Source: Eledone cirrhosa (Eukaryota). From it: 64,000 nucleotides of DNA. Made by a program: the position numbers and the translations under genes. This document shows, one piece after another, positions 27,027 through 40,055 of the stretch; within the stretch, counting starts at the first letter, position 1, and every line of letters begins with the position of its first letter. The notes under the pieces are model-generated. The model made no database searches. It had not been told where the DNA came from and saw nothing but the letters and a program-made list of their open reading frames with translations. Location of the stretch: NCBI GenBank assembly GCA_964016885.1, contig OZ024743.1, positions 255,750,001-255,814,000 of the forward strand. Reading direction: 5' to 3'.

Positions 27027-27069
<43 letters not shown>

Positions 27070-27074
<5 letters not shown>

Positions 27075-27340
27075 ATTAGAATACCGGAGCGTGTTGGAGT
27101 TAAACACCCTCTTCGTATTATAGAAATGACAGTAAAAGGTATAGCTCAATGCAGTTAAACAGAGCCAAAAAATTAAGAGAGTAAAACAAAGAATCCTTTA
27201 ATACATCAAAAGTTTTTATTAGCCGACAATGTTTCGTCCTATTAAGGACTCATCAGGGCAATCAAAACAACAAGAAGTAATATCGGCAGATACAAGCCGG
27301 AAACTCTGAAGAATATGGAGTGTGCATACACTAAAGTCTT
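27070..27340 (-). mobile_element. 3' terminal module of the PLE family at 15011-17972
   Basis: Aligns with 17800-17972 in reverse and with 15011-15113 directly. Confidence 0.85.
27219..27261 (-). ncRNA. Minimal type I hammerhead ribozyme
   Basis: GCC-CTGATGA-GTCCT(taat)AGGAC-GAAAC-ATT-GTC-GGC. Confidence 0.9.
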
Positions 27341-27489
27341 ATAAAAATATATGATAATAAAAATGAAAATAAAAATAAAAATAAAAATAATAAAAATATA
27401 TAAGAAGAAGAAGAACTAAGGATGTGAACTTGTCTTGTACACCATCTTTCTTTATTTCCTTCTAGTCCCTTCTCTGTACCAACACACTT

Positions 27490-27554
<65 letters not shown>

Positions 27555-27561
<7 letters not shown>

Positions 27562-27629
27562 CAATAATAGCATCAACACCATTGTCTGCAGCAACAGCAA
27601 CAGTGAAATGAAGAACAACAACAACAGCG

Positions 27630-27689
<60 letters not shown>

Positions 27690-27810
27690 GCAACAACATC
27701 ATTGTCTGTGTTGAATGTGTGTGTATGTATGTATTTATATATATGCGACTACAATAACAGCATCAACACCATTGTCTGCACCATCAGTGAAATTAAGAAC
27801 AACAACAACG

Positions 27811-27842
<32 letters not shown>

Positions 27843-27960
27843 AGCAACTACAATAACAACTACAGCAACAACAACTGCCACCACCATCACTGACCATCCA
27901 CCACCACCACCATCACCATAATGACACCATCCACCACCATTCACCACCACCACCACCATT
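27555..27960. repeat. Duplicated (AAC/AGC)n unit followed by (ACC)n
   Basis: GACTACAATAA.AGCATCAACACCATTGTCTGCA recurs at 27557 and 27747. Confidence 0.85.
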
Positions 27961-28090
27961 ACCAGCGTAAAGCAAACAATTATTATTATTATTATATAAA
28001 AACTGAACTGGACTGGGAAAAGTCAACAGTTGACATGATTTTGATTTTGGATTTGTATCAGTACTGCCGGTAATATATATATATATATAT

Positions 28091-31000
28091 GTTTGTGAGT
28101 GGTGTGTGTGTTTGTATGCATGAATGAGTGTTGGTATGTGAGTGACGTTTGTGGTTTGTATGCATGAGTGTTGGTGTGTGAGTGTCGTGTCAATAAGTTG
28201 TTGTTTTTTTGTTTTTTTTTATAACCATGCTGTAAAATGGAAGGGTAGAGAGGGCCCTTGAGTCTAGTAAGACATCCTCTCTAGTGCTGGTGGCACAAAT
28301 AAAAGCACCCAGTCCATGCTGTAAAGTGGCGTTGGTGTTAGGAAGGGTATCCAACCAGTGTATTAATGCCAAAACGCTTATCAGCACAGCAACAAATAGG
28401 AACAACAAAATATGATGACGTCGCATCTCAGAGTTGCAACACTTAATGTTGGCACTCTCAGAGGTAGATCTGCTGAAATAGCGGAGATGCTGGAGAGAAG
28501 GCAGGTGGATGTGTGCTGCTTGCAAGAGGTGAGATGGAGAGGTGCGTCTGCGAGACTAGTCGTAGGCAAACGTCTTAGCTATAAGCTATTCTGGGTAGGT
28601 AAGGATGATGGGTTAGGGGGAGTAGGCATTTTCCTGGCTGAGAAATGGATCAATAAGACAATAGAGGTAGTTCGAGTTAGTAATCGAATAATTAAGCTTA
28701 GATTAGTTGTAGGCAGGAGACTACTGACAATCATCTCGGCCTATGCTCCCCAAGTAGGCATAGGAAAAGATGAGAAAGACTGCTTTTACGAGAAACTTTT
28801 ACAAACAACCGCAATGACAGAGGACGGAGACATCGTTATGCTAGCAGGAGACTTCAATGGTCATGTTGGACAGCTTCAGGATGGTTACACTGGGGTACAT
28901 GGTGGGCACGGTTACGGCTCAAGAAATGAGAAGAAGGAGTGAGACTTCTTGAATTTTGTGATGCAGGTACATTGACTATTTGCAACACAAACTTCCAGAA
29001 ACCTGCCAATCACCTAATAACCTACAAATCTGGTGAGCGCATAAGCCAGATTGACTTCTTACTAGTTAGGCAGCGGGACAGGCAGATAGTGTCTAATACC
29101 AAGGCATACCCTGGGGAAGAATGTACCCCACAGCATAGGTTAGTTGTTAGTGATATCTCAATAAGCAAGAGATGGAATGAGACATATAGGAAGGTGTGGA
29201 GAAGAAAAGTCTGGAAGCTAAAAGACCTTTCACTAAAATACAAATTTAGGAAAGCCCTTCAAGATGTATATGACGAAAAAGAAGACGATTTAGAGACCTA
29301 TGACATAGATAATAACTGGAATTTCTTATGTGACAACTTGCTGCAGGCTACTGATGAAACTTGTGGCTGGAGCACAGCTCCAACCAGACAGAGAGTGACC
29401 TGGTGGTGGAACAGCACAGTAGATAAGGCCATTAGAGACAAAAGACTGGCATGGAAGGCTTGGAAAAAGGGTGGGAGTAGGGAAGAATATACAGCCACTA
29501 AGTGAGAAGCTAGACGTCAGGTGTACTTAGCACGCAGGGAGACGGAGAGTAGGAGATTTGCCAATGTTCTGCGACGGGAAGATCAGAGGCGTGCGGTGTT
29601 CCACATTGCAAGGCAGTGTGTCAATGCAAATCAGGATATTGTTGGAGATAAATGTGTCCGGGATGATACCGGTGTACTTAGTGTCACGAATGATCAGAAA
29701 AAGGAGGCATGGAAATGTCATTATGAGAGACTGATGAATGTGGAGAACGAATGGGAGATAGAGAAATTACCCTTAGTAGATCCGACAGAGGGACCAGCTA
29801 TTGAGATTGACGAATATAGGGTCGAAGAGGCGATTAGGGAAATGAAAAATGGTAAGGCTGCTGGACCATCGGGAATAGTTGCTGAGATGCTGAAGGCATC
29901 AGGGGACGTAGGCACTGAACTGGTTGCACGCTTCATCAATCAGGCTATATATGGTGGTGTCATACCCAAAGACTGGTGCAGCAGTATTCTCATAAATTGC
30001 TACAAAGTTAAAGGGGATGCTCTGGAGAGGAGCAATTATAGGGGTATAAAACTGATAGATCAGGTTATGAAAGTGGCAGAAAGGATATTAGCACAACTAA
30101 TTAGAGAAACGGTCAAACTAGATGAGATGCAGTTTGGTTTTGTGCTTGGGAAGAGTACAACAGATGCACTCTTCTTGGTGAGACAATTGCAAGAGAGGTT
30201 CTTAGAGAAAAATAAGCCACTATACTTAGCCTTTGTTGACCTAGAGAAGGCCTTTGATAGGGTACCCCGATCTGTCATCTGGTGGTCCCTAAGGAAGCTA
30301 GGTTTTGGGGAATGGCTTGTGAGGACAGTGCAAACTTTGTACAGAGGTACTCTCAGTAAAGTGAGGGTAGGATTGGAGTTTAGTGAGGAATTCCAGATAC
30401 AAGTAGGAGTACATCAGGGTTCTGTCCTCAGCCCGCTCTTGTTCATTATAGTCCTCCAAGGCATAATAGAGGAGTTTAAGACTGGTTGTCCATGGGAACT
30501 TCTCTATGCTGACGATCTGGTTCTTATAGCAGAATCAGAAGAGGAGCTAGAGAATAAATTATGGCTATGGAAACAGCAGTTGGAAGCGAGAGGACTGAGA
30601 GTGAACCTTGCTAAGACAAAAGTGTTGATGAGTAGAAAAGAGGACAAACCCTGATTCCGTCAGGGAAATGGCCATGTTCGATATGCAGAAAAGGAACTGG
30701 CATAAATTCTATAAAATGCACACAATGCAGATCCTGGGTACACAAGAGATGTAGCGGGATAGCAGGCAAACTAACAGGTAGGGAAAACTATGTATGCAGT
30801 AGATGTACAGGGAAATTAGACAGTAGAAGTAGCATTGATAGACACATTTTTCAAATGCAGGAGGGCGCTATAGAAGTGATGGAAAGCTTCCGGTACCTAG
30901 GAGATCAGATTAGCATGGGAGGAGGGTGTTCTGAGGCCATAGTATCTAGAATAAGTACGGGTTGGAAGAAGTTTAGGGAGCTGCTTCCTCTGTTGACGAA

Positions 31001-31504
31001 GAAGGGTTTCTCCCTGCGTACGAAAGGCCGGTTGTATGATGCCTGTGTAAGGAGCGCGATGCTGCACGGTAGTGAGACATGGGCAGCAACTGCAAGAATA
31101 TGCGACGGCTGGAGAGAAATGAGGCAAAAATGCTCCGTTGGATGTGCAGTGTAAATGTGCGTGAACGACCCAGCATAAATGTGTTGAGAGAGAAACTGTG
31201 TCTGAGAGGGATAGAATGTCGTGTACGAGAGAGGAGACTGAGGTGGTATGGACATGTGATGCGCATGGAGGATGACCGATTGGTGAAGAAGTGCCAAGAA
31301 ATGCCAGTTGAAGGAAGACGCAGTAGAGGTAGACCACGAAAAACATGGGCGGAGGTGGTGAGAACTGACCTCAGATCATTGAAGCTCAGGGTGGAGATGA
31401 CGAAGGACCGTGACGAGTGGAGAGATGCTGTGCTGAATAAGACCCGTCCTACCCTTGCAAGCAGGGAAAAGCGGACGTAAAATGATGATGATGATGATGA
31501 TGAT
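28091..31504 (+). mobile_element. Near full-length RTE LINE (APE endonuclease, RT), few disabling mutations
   Basis: LRVATLNVGTL, CCLQEVRW, SAYAPQ, GDFNGHVG, QIDFLL, QHRLVV; RT FVDLEKAFDRVP, HQGSVLSP, LYADDL; (ATG)n tail; TA on both flanks. Confidence 0.97.
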
Positions 31505-31559
31505 ATATATATATCCATCCCCGTTTTCATACACTTCCTATGAATGCAGGCTGAAGCAT

Positions 31560-32082
31560 ACATCTAATCTGCACACTTTCTCCTCCATCCCCTTTCCATA
31601 CACCTCCCCCATCCTAACACCTCACCCATGCCCGAAACCTCCATCTTTCATACATGTCCCTATCGCTACACACCTCTCCTACGAAAGACCCCAGCCCACA
31701 CACTTAACAGGTCATGTAGGGAACTTGACAAAAAGCACCAAGCCCACACTATGAAGTGGTTGTGTAAGTGTCACGCAAAAAGTATCTAGCCCATAATGTA
31801 AACTGGTTGTGTAGGTGTCACGACAAAAAGCATCCAGCCCACAAAGTGAAGTGGTCCACGACAAAAAGCAGCCACTACACACTGTAAATGTAGTTGGTGT
31901 TTGCAAGGGCATCCAACCATAGAAACCAAGTCAGTTCAGTATGAGCAAGACATGGTCATCTGACCTGGATCATCTCATAATGGGACAATTCATCTAACAT
32001 ATGCTAGAGTGGAAAAATAGATGTTAAACAACCCATGCTAGCATGGAAGAATGGACGTAAAACGGTGATGATGATGATGATT
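31560..32082 (+). mobile_element. RTE 3' UTR or non-autonomous derivative with short tandem units and doubled tail
   Basis: Repeated GTGTCACG.CAAAAAG units, AAGGGCATCCA motif, two tail stems, (GAT)n. Confidence 0.75.
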
Positions 32083-32400
32083 ATACTTTATATAACTTTT
32101 TTACTAATCAGTCTGTGTATGCAACACTCCAATCAGTAAATGATGATGCAATCATATTCAAACGCCCAACATGTGTAACCTTCCAAATGTGAAGGCTATA
32201 TCTAGAAAGTGATAACACATTTTATTCAGAATTTGCCGTTTTACATATTCTTGTGGTGTTCATGGTTATGCAATGCAACCACCAACACAAATTCATCAGA
32301 CAGATGGACCGTAGATATCGGTGTTGAAATACACTGTGTTCCTTCTCCCGCAGCCTATCGCCTTTATATATATATATGTGTGTGTGCGTGTGTGTGTGTT

Positions 32401-32486
<86 letters not shown>

Positions 32487-32549
32487 CATATATAAAGGCA
32501 AAAGGCTGCAGGAGAAGAAATATATATATATATATATATATATATTCCT

Positions 32550-34218
32550 TTAGCCTTCGACCACCCCCCTCCCCCCACACTTATCCCCCACTAACACCAC
32601 TAACACACTCCTCCTTTTCACCGCCCACCCCACAACTAACAATACTAACACCTCCACTCCACCCCTCATCTGACCACCCTTCCTCAACTAACATACTAAC
32701 ATCCCTTCCCTCCCCTCTTCTCCTCCTCCTCCTCCTTATCACACGCACACACCCACCGGCACATATATACACGCGCTCACACTAAACACACACCCTACTA
32801 CCACCACTAACCCTCACCCCCACACCTCTCACTCCCACACCTCCATCCCACCACCCCGCAACTAACCTCACTAACACCCCCTAACCCCAAGCACACGAAC
32901 ACACGCACCCACTTACACCACCCACCCCACACGCAACTAACATCACTAACACCACCCAACCCCACGCACACGTACCCACACACCCTCGTACACCACCAAC
33001 TCTACACACCCTACCACCACTAACCCCCACTCACACCTGCATTCAACCCCTCCCCACCTCCCGTATACTAACACCCACTAACACCTCTTCATCAAACTAC
33101 ACACACACCAGTACACCACACTCCCTCCATAGAACCACACACACCCTTCTCTCCCCGCTCCACCCACACCCTCGCTCCACACTCACTCATCCCACTAACA
33201 CCCCTACTAATACACACACACACACACACCCTCCTCACTCCAACTTTCACACCTACCCATCCTCGCCCCCTTACCATTCCACCGACTGCTGCTATGCCCT
33301 CTGAGCACCTCCCAGCACTAACAGACCACAGCACTCCCACTGCTGACCACTTCCTGTTGCGCGCGCACCCCACATCTCTCCTCTTCCGACCACCGCTTCA
33401 TGGATTACCCACACGCATACATTCACCTACAACCAATCCACTAAACAACTTTGGAATTTACCAACTTTTCAACCATCCTCTTACGTAATCACCTATATAA
33501 CTCACCCACACACACACCCCAAACAATTTTTTTTCTCCACACGCCACCCACACCCACAACACGCTTAAACCCCACACACACGTGCTTTCCACCACATATT
33601 TACACCCTCAGCCTCCTGATTCCTCTCCCCCCACCCCTCTATCCACACACGCACAGACACTCCGACCCCCCCCCCCCCCCCCCCCCCACACACACACACC
33701 TCTTCCTGAACATGCAACCCCGTTCTTCCCCCAACCCTTACTTTCACATACACACACACACACACGCACACCTACACACACACACCACCTTCAGCCCTCC
33801 CCGCTCGGACACCCCGTCTCCCTCTCCCCACTCCACCTGCCACCACCCCTACACACCCCACACCCTTCCACCACCTGTTTACCCCCCTTTTAATTTCAGT
33901 TTATTTTGATCATGCCTTTATTTTTAAATTTATCTCATTCCTTGTATTTTGATCATGCTTTATTTTTATTTTTATTTTTATTTTTATTTTTATTTTTATC
34001 TTTACTTGTTATTTTTTCATTCGCACCGTTTCCTTTCGCTATATGTCTCTCCACCACTCCCCTACACACCCTTTGAACTCTGTTCCCACACACTTCTCAC
34101 CTGAGGAAGGGCTTATGCCCGAAACGTCGTCCCCCACCTACACCCCACTCTCCAGAGCGTGAAATTAATAAACATTTGTTGTACTGCCTCTCTGTTTTGT
34201 CCCTGTTCAAATTTTTCC

Positions 34219-34220
<2 letters not shown>
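32550..34220 (+). mobile_element. C/A-rich low-complexity element ending in a hammerhead, probable PLE 3' UTR
   Basis: Strong C skew, hammerhead at 34098, TA flanks. Confidence 0.55.
34098..34131 (+). ncRNA. Minimal type I hammerhead ribozyme
   Basis: CTGAGGA-a-GGGC(ttat)GCCC-GAAACGTC with palindromic ACGT helix III; helix I only ~2 bp. Confidence 0.7.
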
Positions 34221-34289
<69 letters not shown>

Positions 34290-34486
34290 ATTTATATATA
34301 TATATATGAAAACAGGGAGAAAGAGACGATTATTAGGAACAAACATTTTGTTTTTCCCTTTTTTTTATTTCTCTCTCTTTTTTTTCTGGGTTAGAAAATG
34401 ATTAAAACGAAATGTTTTACTTTGTGTGAAGTGTTAAGATATTAGTTGATTTATTTATTATTTAACAATGCCATTTATTTATTTAT

Positions 34487-35750
34487 TTATATATTTAATA
34501 ATTGTCTATTGAAGTTTGGATGTCTCTTATAGTTGTATTGGCCCCTGCTGTTGTTGTAAGATGGTGTGTAGCTGTGCTGGTTGTTGAGTTTAGGTTGTAT
34601 CGTGTGGTTGAATTGAGCCCTGCTGATGGTGTAGGGTGTGTAGATTTGATGGACGTGGTTATAGGGTGTGAAGTTGTGGTGGTTGTTGAATTTGGGTTGT
34701 ATTGTATGGTTGTGTTGAGCACTGCTGTTGTTGTAGGGTATGTAGACTTGGTGGTAGTTGTAATAGGGTTGTCTTGTGTGGTTATATTGAGTCCAGTTGT
34801 TGCTGTTATATGGTGTGTAGCTATGGTGGTTGTTGTGGTTAGGGTGTCTCGTGTGGTTGTATTGTCCCCTGCTGGTGTTGTTGTAGTAGGATGTGGTTAG
34901 TGGGGGAGGGCAGATTAGGGTTTCCTTATAGTTGGTGTGTGGTTGTGAGGCCCTGTGTGACATGTGTGGTAGTTGTGTATTTTGGGTTCTATGCTGGAAG
35001 TAATGATGGTTGTGGGTTTGTTGTGTGGGGATGTTATGGGGGTTTGTAAGTGTGGGGGATTTTATGGTTTCTCCTGTTGGGAGTGAAGTTGTAGTGTCTA
35101 TCTTGTAGCTGATGTTTCTCTATTACTATATTTGTTGCTTGGGTGTCCGTGTGGAGGATGTAGGAGGTAGAGGTGAGGTGATGCCTTCTTTTGTTGCTAT
35201 GTGAGGAAGTATTGTTTTGTTGTTGTTGTTGGTTGTTGTGTGGTGTTTGGGTGTTGATTGAGTTTTCTTGTTATTATGGTTTTAATGCAGTGGTTCTTGG
35301 ATGTGTGTTCTTTTTGGAAAAGTGTTTCATAGTTAAAGAACCAGGTTTCGTTTATTTCCCAGCGTTGAAGGGATTTTAATTCTTCCTTATTACAGTCCTC
35401 TAACCATAATTTTGAAATATTTTCTAGGGTGGTGTCTTTGGTTATATTGATAATTGCTAGATTAATCTCATCATCGATTGATTTGATCCTATCATCATTT
35501 ACTTCGGCTCTCAATTTAAGGAGTTCAATTTCGGTTTTTATGTTATCAAGTGCCATTCTTTCCTTAGGCGTCTTTGTGTCTCTGGTTCGTTTGGGATGGA
35601 TTTAAGTTGTAGTTTGCGGGGGATGATTAATGGGGATAAGTTAATCCATTTTTCATAGATCTCCGCTTTGTTATTGTTTTTTATCATCTTCCAAAAGGAG
35701 AATTTCCTGTTTTTAAGTGATGTGTACCATTGTGGTATTAATTTGTTTTT
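34487..35750 (-). pseudogene. Frameshifted unknown ORF: helical/coiled-coil region then Asn/His/Tyr-rich repeats
   Basis: ORF pieces 35538-35750 ([25 protein letters not shown]), 35197-35556 (heptad-like) and 34487-34963 (QYNHTRQP repeats). Confidence 0.6.
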
Positions 35751-35878
<128 letters not shown>

Positions 35879-35905
35879 TATGCATATATAATATATCAGA
35901 TCAAA

Positions 35906-37268
35906 AGAAAAATATATTGTTTTACATAGAGAGGTTGAAAAACCGTTGGAAGATAATGTATGAATTAAAAGAATTTGAAAATTAACGAAGAGAAAAATAA
36001 TGTAAAGTTAAGGTTTGTATATTGAAGGGTTTAATAATATGTGCGATGAAAAGAAATTGTTAATATGTATTAAGAATAATATTTAAGGGTTTAATAATAT
36101 GTGCAATGGAAAGAAAATGTTAATATGTATTAAGAATAATATTTAAGGGTTTAATAATATGTGCGATGGAAAGAAAATGTTGATATGTATTATTAAAAAT
36201 AGCAAAGGTAATGTAAGTAAGGATATATTGTGAAAAGAGTAGAAGATAGGATGAAACATGAAAGTGAGAAAAAAAATAATGAATTGAGGATGAATAATCT
36301 AACGTCAAAAAAATGTTTATGTTTACGAATGATTTTTTCAAGGTGATATAAAGTAAGAATATATTGTATTGTGTAATAATTGTTTCTATGTTAGGCACAG
36401 TGAGAAAAGGTACAGATTAGGGGTTAGAAATTAAAAGAAAAAGAAAAGAAAAGGAAAAGGAAGAAAGGGAAGTGATAAATAGGAGTGATATAGAATGAGT
36501 AACAAGTATTATATAATGTATAATAAATAACTTTGAAATAAGGTAGAAAGATGGGTATATTTTTAAAGAAGTATATATATATATATATATATGTGCCTTT
36601 GAGAAAAGGATTCTAAATTGATAAAGTTTTGGATATTAGCTGTATACTTTATGGAATGTTCTGTGGAATTTATGCAAGCAGAGAGAAAACAAGTCAGTGC
36701 GTCTATTTATTATAGAATCTAAATTAGATATAATGGTAAATTTTACATTTAGACAGAGATTGTAAGTTTTGGATAGAGAACTGTTCAAGTATGGAACAGC
36801 AGAAGAAACCTTTTTCCAAGAGATGTTATATTTAATATTTTTGTCTTTCAATGACCATATGAGTTCTGAGAGAGCCGTGTTGGTTCTTTTAAGTTGGTAT
36901 TTAAAAGACGAATGATGATTATAAAGACGAGCTTTAAAGGAGGTGGAAGTGGAGCCAAAATAGGTGAAGGAATTGGTGTCAGTTATAACTTTACATTCGT
37001 AGATTAACTTTTTATCAAGACAATGGTTGTTGAGAGGACATTTAATTTTAACAGGGCAATTGCAATTGCGATTAGAGAGATTATTAACGAGTGACCTAGT
37101 GTTATCTATAGAAGGAATTATACTGGAGAAATTATTTGCGATAGGAATAATAGTTTCTTGATTTAGAATGGGATTAAGAACATTTAGCGAAGTTGTGTTT
37201 GCCGTTATTCCATAAAGTATACAGCTAATATCCAAAACTTTATCAATTTAGAATCCTTTTCTCAAAGG

Positions 37269-37321
<53 letters not shown>

Positions 37322-38410
37322 TTCTTTAAAAATATACCCATCTTTCTACCTTATTTCAAAGTTATTTATTATACATTATATAATACTTGTTACTCATTCT
37401 ATATCACTCCTATTTATCACTTCCCTTTCTTCCTTTTCCTTTTCTTTTCTTTTTCTTTTAATTTCTAACCCCTAATCTGTACCTTTTCTCACTGTGCCTA
37501 ACATAGAAACAATTATTACACAATACAATATATTCTTACTTTATATCACCTTGAAAAAATCATTCGTAAACATAAACATTTTTTTGACGTTAGATTATTC
37601 ATCCTCAATTCATTATTTTTTTCTCACTTTCATGTTTCATCCTATCTTCTACTTTTTTCACAACATATCCTTACTTACATTACCTTTGCTATTTTTAATA
37701 ATACATATCAACATTTTCTTTCCATCGCACATATTATTAAACCCTTAAATATTATTCTTAATACATATTAACATTTTCTTTCCATTGCACATATTATTAA
37801 ACCCTTAAATATTATTCTTAATACATATTAACAATTTCTTTTCATCGCACATATTATTAAACCCTTCAATATACAAACCTTAACTTTACATTATTTTTCT
37901 CTTCGTTAATTTTCAAATTCTTTTAATTTATACATTATCTTCCAACGGTTTTTCAACCTCTCTATGTAAAACAATATATTTTTCTCAGTTATAAAAGCTA
38001 TCTCTCTCTCTCTATCACCCATCTCTCCTCCTATCTCATCCTTCCTCATTATACTCCTCCCCCTCCATTTTTTACTCTCATCTCCTCCTCTTTTTCACCC
38101 CCCCCCCTCAAAACATTTTTTCCCCCCAATATCACACATCAATCTAAAACTACTTTTCATATGTTGATTTAAAACTGCACTATCCACAAGTGTTTTTTAA
38201 CCTTCATATCATGTCTTCCTATTTTATCTGATGAAAACACAAATGTTATTGCATGATGATATTTGTTTTTGAAATGCGCATAATAAAATACATGGAACTC
38301 TTTTAACCATCTTTTGATCTTATATATTATGTATACTCCAGTCCTACAAATTGTAGAGTGCTTCTTATCCGATATCTGCATTGCTTTATTGTACTACAAT
38401 AAAACTCACC
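35906..38410. mobile_element. Young 5'-truncated PLE with ~750-bp near-identical inverted arms
   Basis: GIY-YIG ORF 36636-37206 on minus (CNCPVKIKCPL, LIY..TYFGST); arms 35906-36657 and 37207-37985; right arm continues to a hammerhead. Confidence 0.9.
38220..38290 (+). ncRNA. Type I hammerhead ribozyme
   Basis: TATTTTAT-CTGATGA-[long hairpin]-GAAAT-GCGC-ATA-ATAAAATA: palindromic ATGCGCAT helix III, 8-bp helix I. Confidence 0.9.
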
Positions 38411-38904
38411 TCCTACATTATATACATATATATATATATACATGTATGTATATATATATATATATGTCCGTGTGTATGTGTATAATATGCATGTATAATA
38501 TGTGTGTGTATGCATGCGTGTGTTTAACAATGTGCCTGTGTTATGAGAATATTTTAATGTTGGAAGTGTGAAATAGTGTTCTAGAAATTAGGATATATAT
38601 GTGGTTTTGCCTGTGTTGTAAATCTGTGTGTGTGTTGGTGTGTGAATGTATGTTTGTATGTATGTATGCATGTATATATGTATGCATGTGTGTTGTGTGT
38701 TATAAACAGACAGTATCTTTTTTTCGGAATGACTGAATCAATCAATGATCTGTAGGTGAACTTGTACTTTTTCACATGTATGTATGTATATGAGTATTTG
38801 TGTGCCCATGTGCACATTAATATTTATGTGATTGTGTGTCTCTATGTGTATGGGTATAGGTGTTTGTGTATATATCTGTGTGCATATGCTTGTTTGTATA
38901 TATG

Positions 38905-38936
<32 letters not shown>

Positions 38937-39654
38937 AGTGCATGTGTGTATTCACATGTGCACACACACAGATGTGTGTGCTTCTTTCTGTATGGAACAA
39001 TAAATAGGGTTATGCTGGTTGAGATAAGTGATGAAACTTGTAAATATTTTTCTCCTGTAATTTGAGAAGAGTCTCCCTCTCTCACCTTCTCACTTGCTGT
39101 CTCCTCTCTCTCCTCTGTTGTTCCCCACCTCCACTATCCTCTCATATCCCATTTTGTCTCAATAAAACAAAGTGATGTGTTGAACAATACTAGGAGAAGT
39201 AGATGTGAGAGGAAGCAATGATGAGGGAGAAGAAGGACTATTTCATTCTTTGATTTGTGAAGAAATTGAAGTTTGCCAAAGCCAGTGGTGTAGAAAATAA
39301 AACTGAGATAAAGGAATAAGACATCAAAAACCAACCAGAATATTGTCATGCCAGGGGAAAATTAGTTTTATTGATTAAAAACATTTTGTTTGCTCTAATT
39401 AGAGCAATTATTGGCTTCAAAGTGCAAAAATACATTATTTTGAAACTTCTGTTTCTTTTTAAATTTTTGTGTTTTGTTATCTTAAAAATAATAACTTTTT
39501 TTCAATTTGATTTTAAACAATCCCTGGTTCTGTGTTTTAGGTTTTTTGGTAGAATAAAATCTATTTTCCATTGAAAGTATGAGTAACATCTATTCATATA
39601 TAAGTGTTGAGAGCACACATTATTTGTCTCAAGGATATTACATCTATAGTGCTA

Positions 39655-40055
39655 ATGTTGCAATAAAATACCTCATGTAAAGTGGTAAGGTTGTTGGTTA
39701 TAGGAAGGGCATCCAATCATAGAAACTGTGTCAAAACAAGAATGTGAGTAAGCAAAATATGGGCCTGATGGCCCATTAGTATGAGCTGAGTAACTCCTAT
39801 TCAGTACTGACTTGGTGATGTTCACCTATCCAACCCATGCCAGAATGGTAAATTAGATGTTAAATGATAATATCATCATCATCATCATCATCACCACCAT
39901 TTTACGTCCATTCTTCCACGCTAGCATGGGTTAGACGAGTTGTCCTGTTGTGGTCAATGTTAGGTCAGGTGACCTTGTCATGCTCATAAGGGAACTGATT
40001 TTGGCTTGATTTCTACAGCTGGATACCCTTCCTAACACCAACCTCATTTACAGTG
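39655..40055. mobile_element. Two RTE-type tails facing each other
   Basis: AGGAAGGGCATCCA motif and tail on plus (to ~39870) and on minus (39873-40055). Confidence 0.75.

Noticed and set aside
32230-32310. CTGATGA followed by a long hairpin on minus
   Set aside because: No GAAA after the hairpin and no helix I partner
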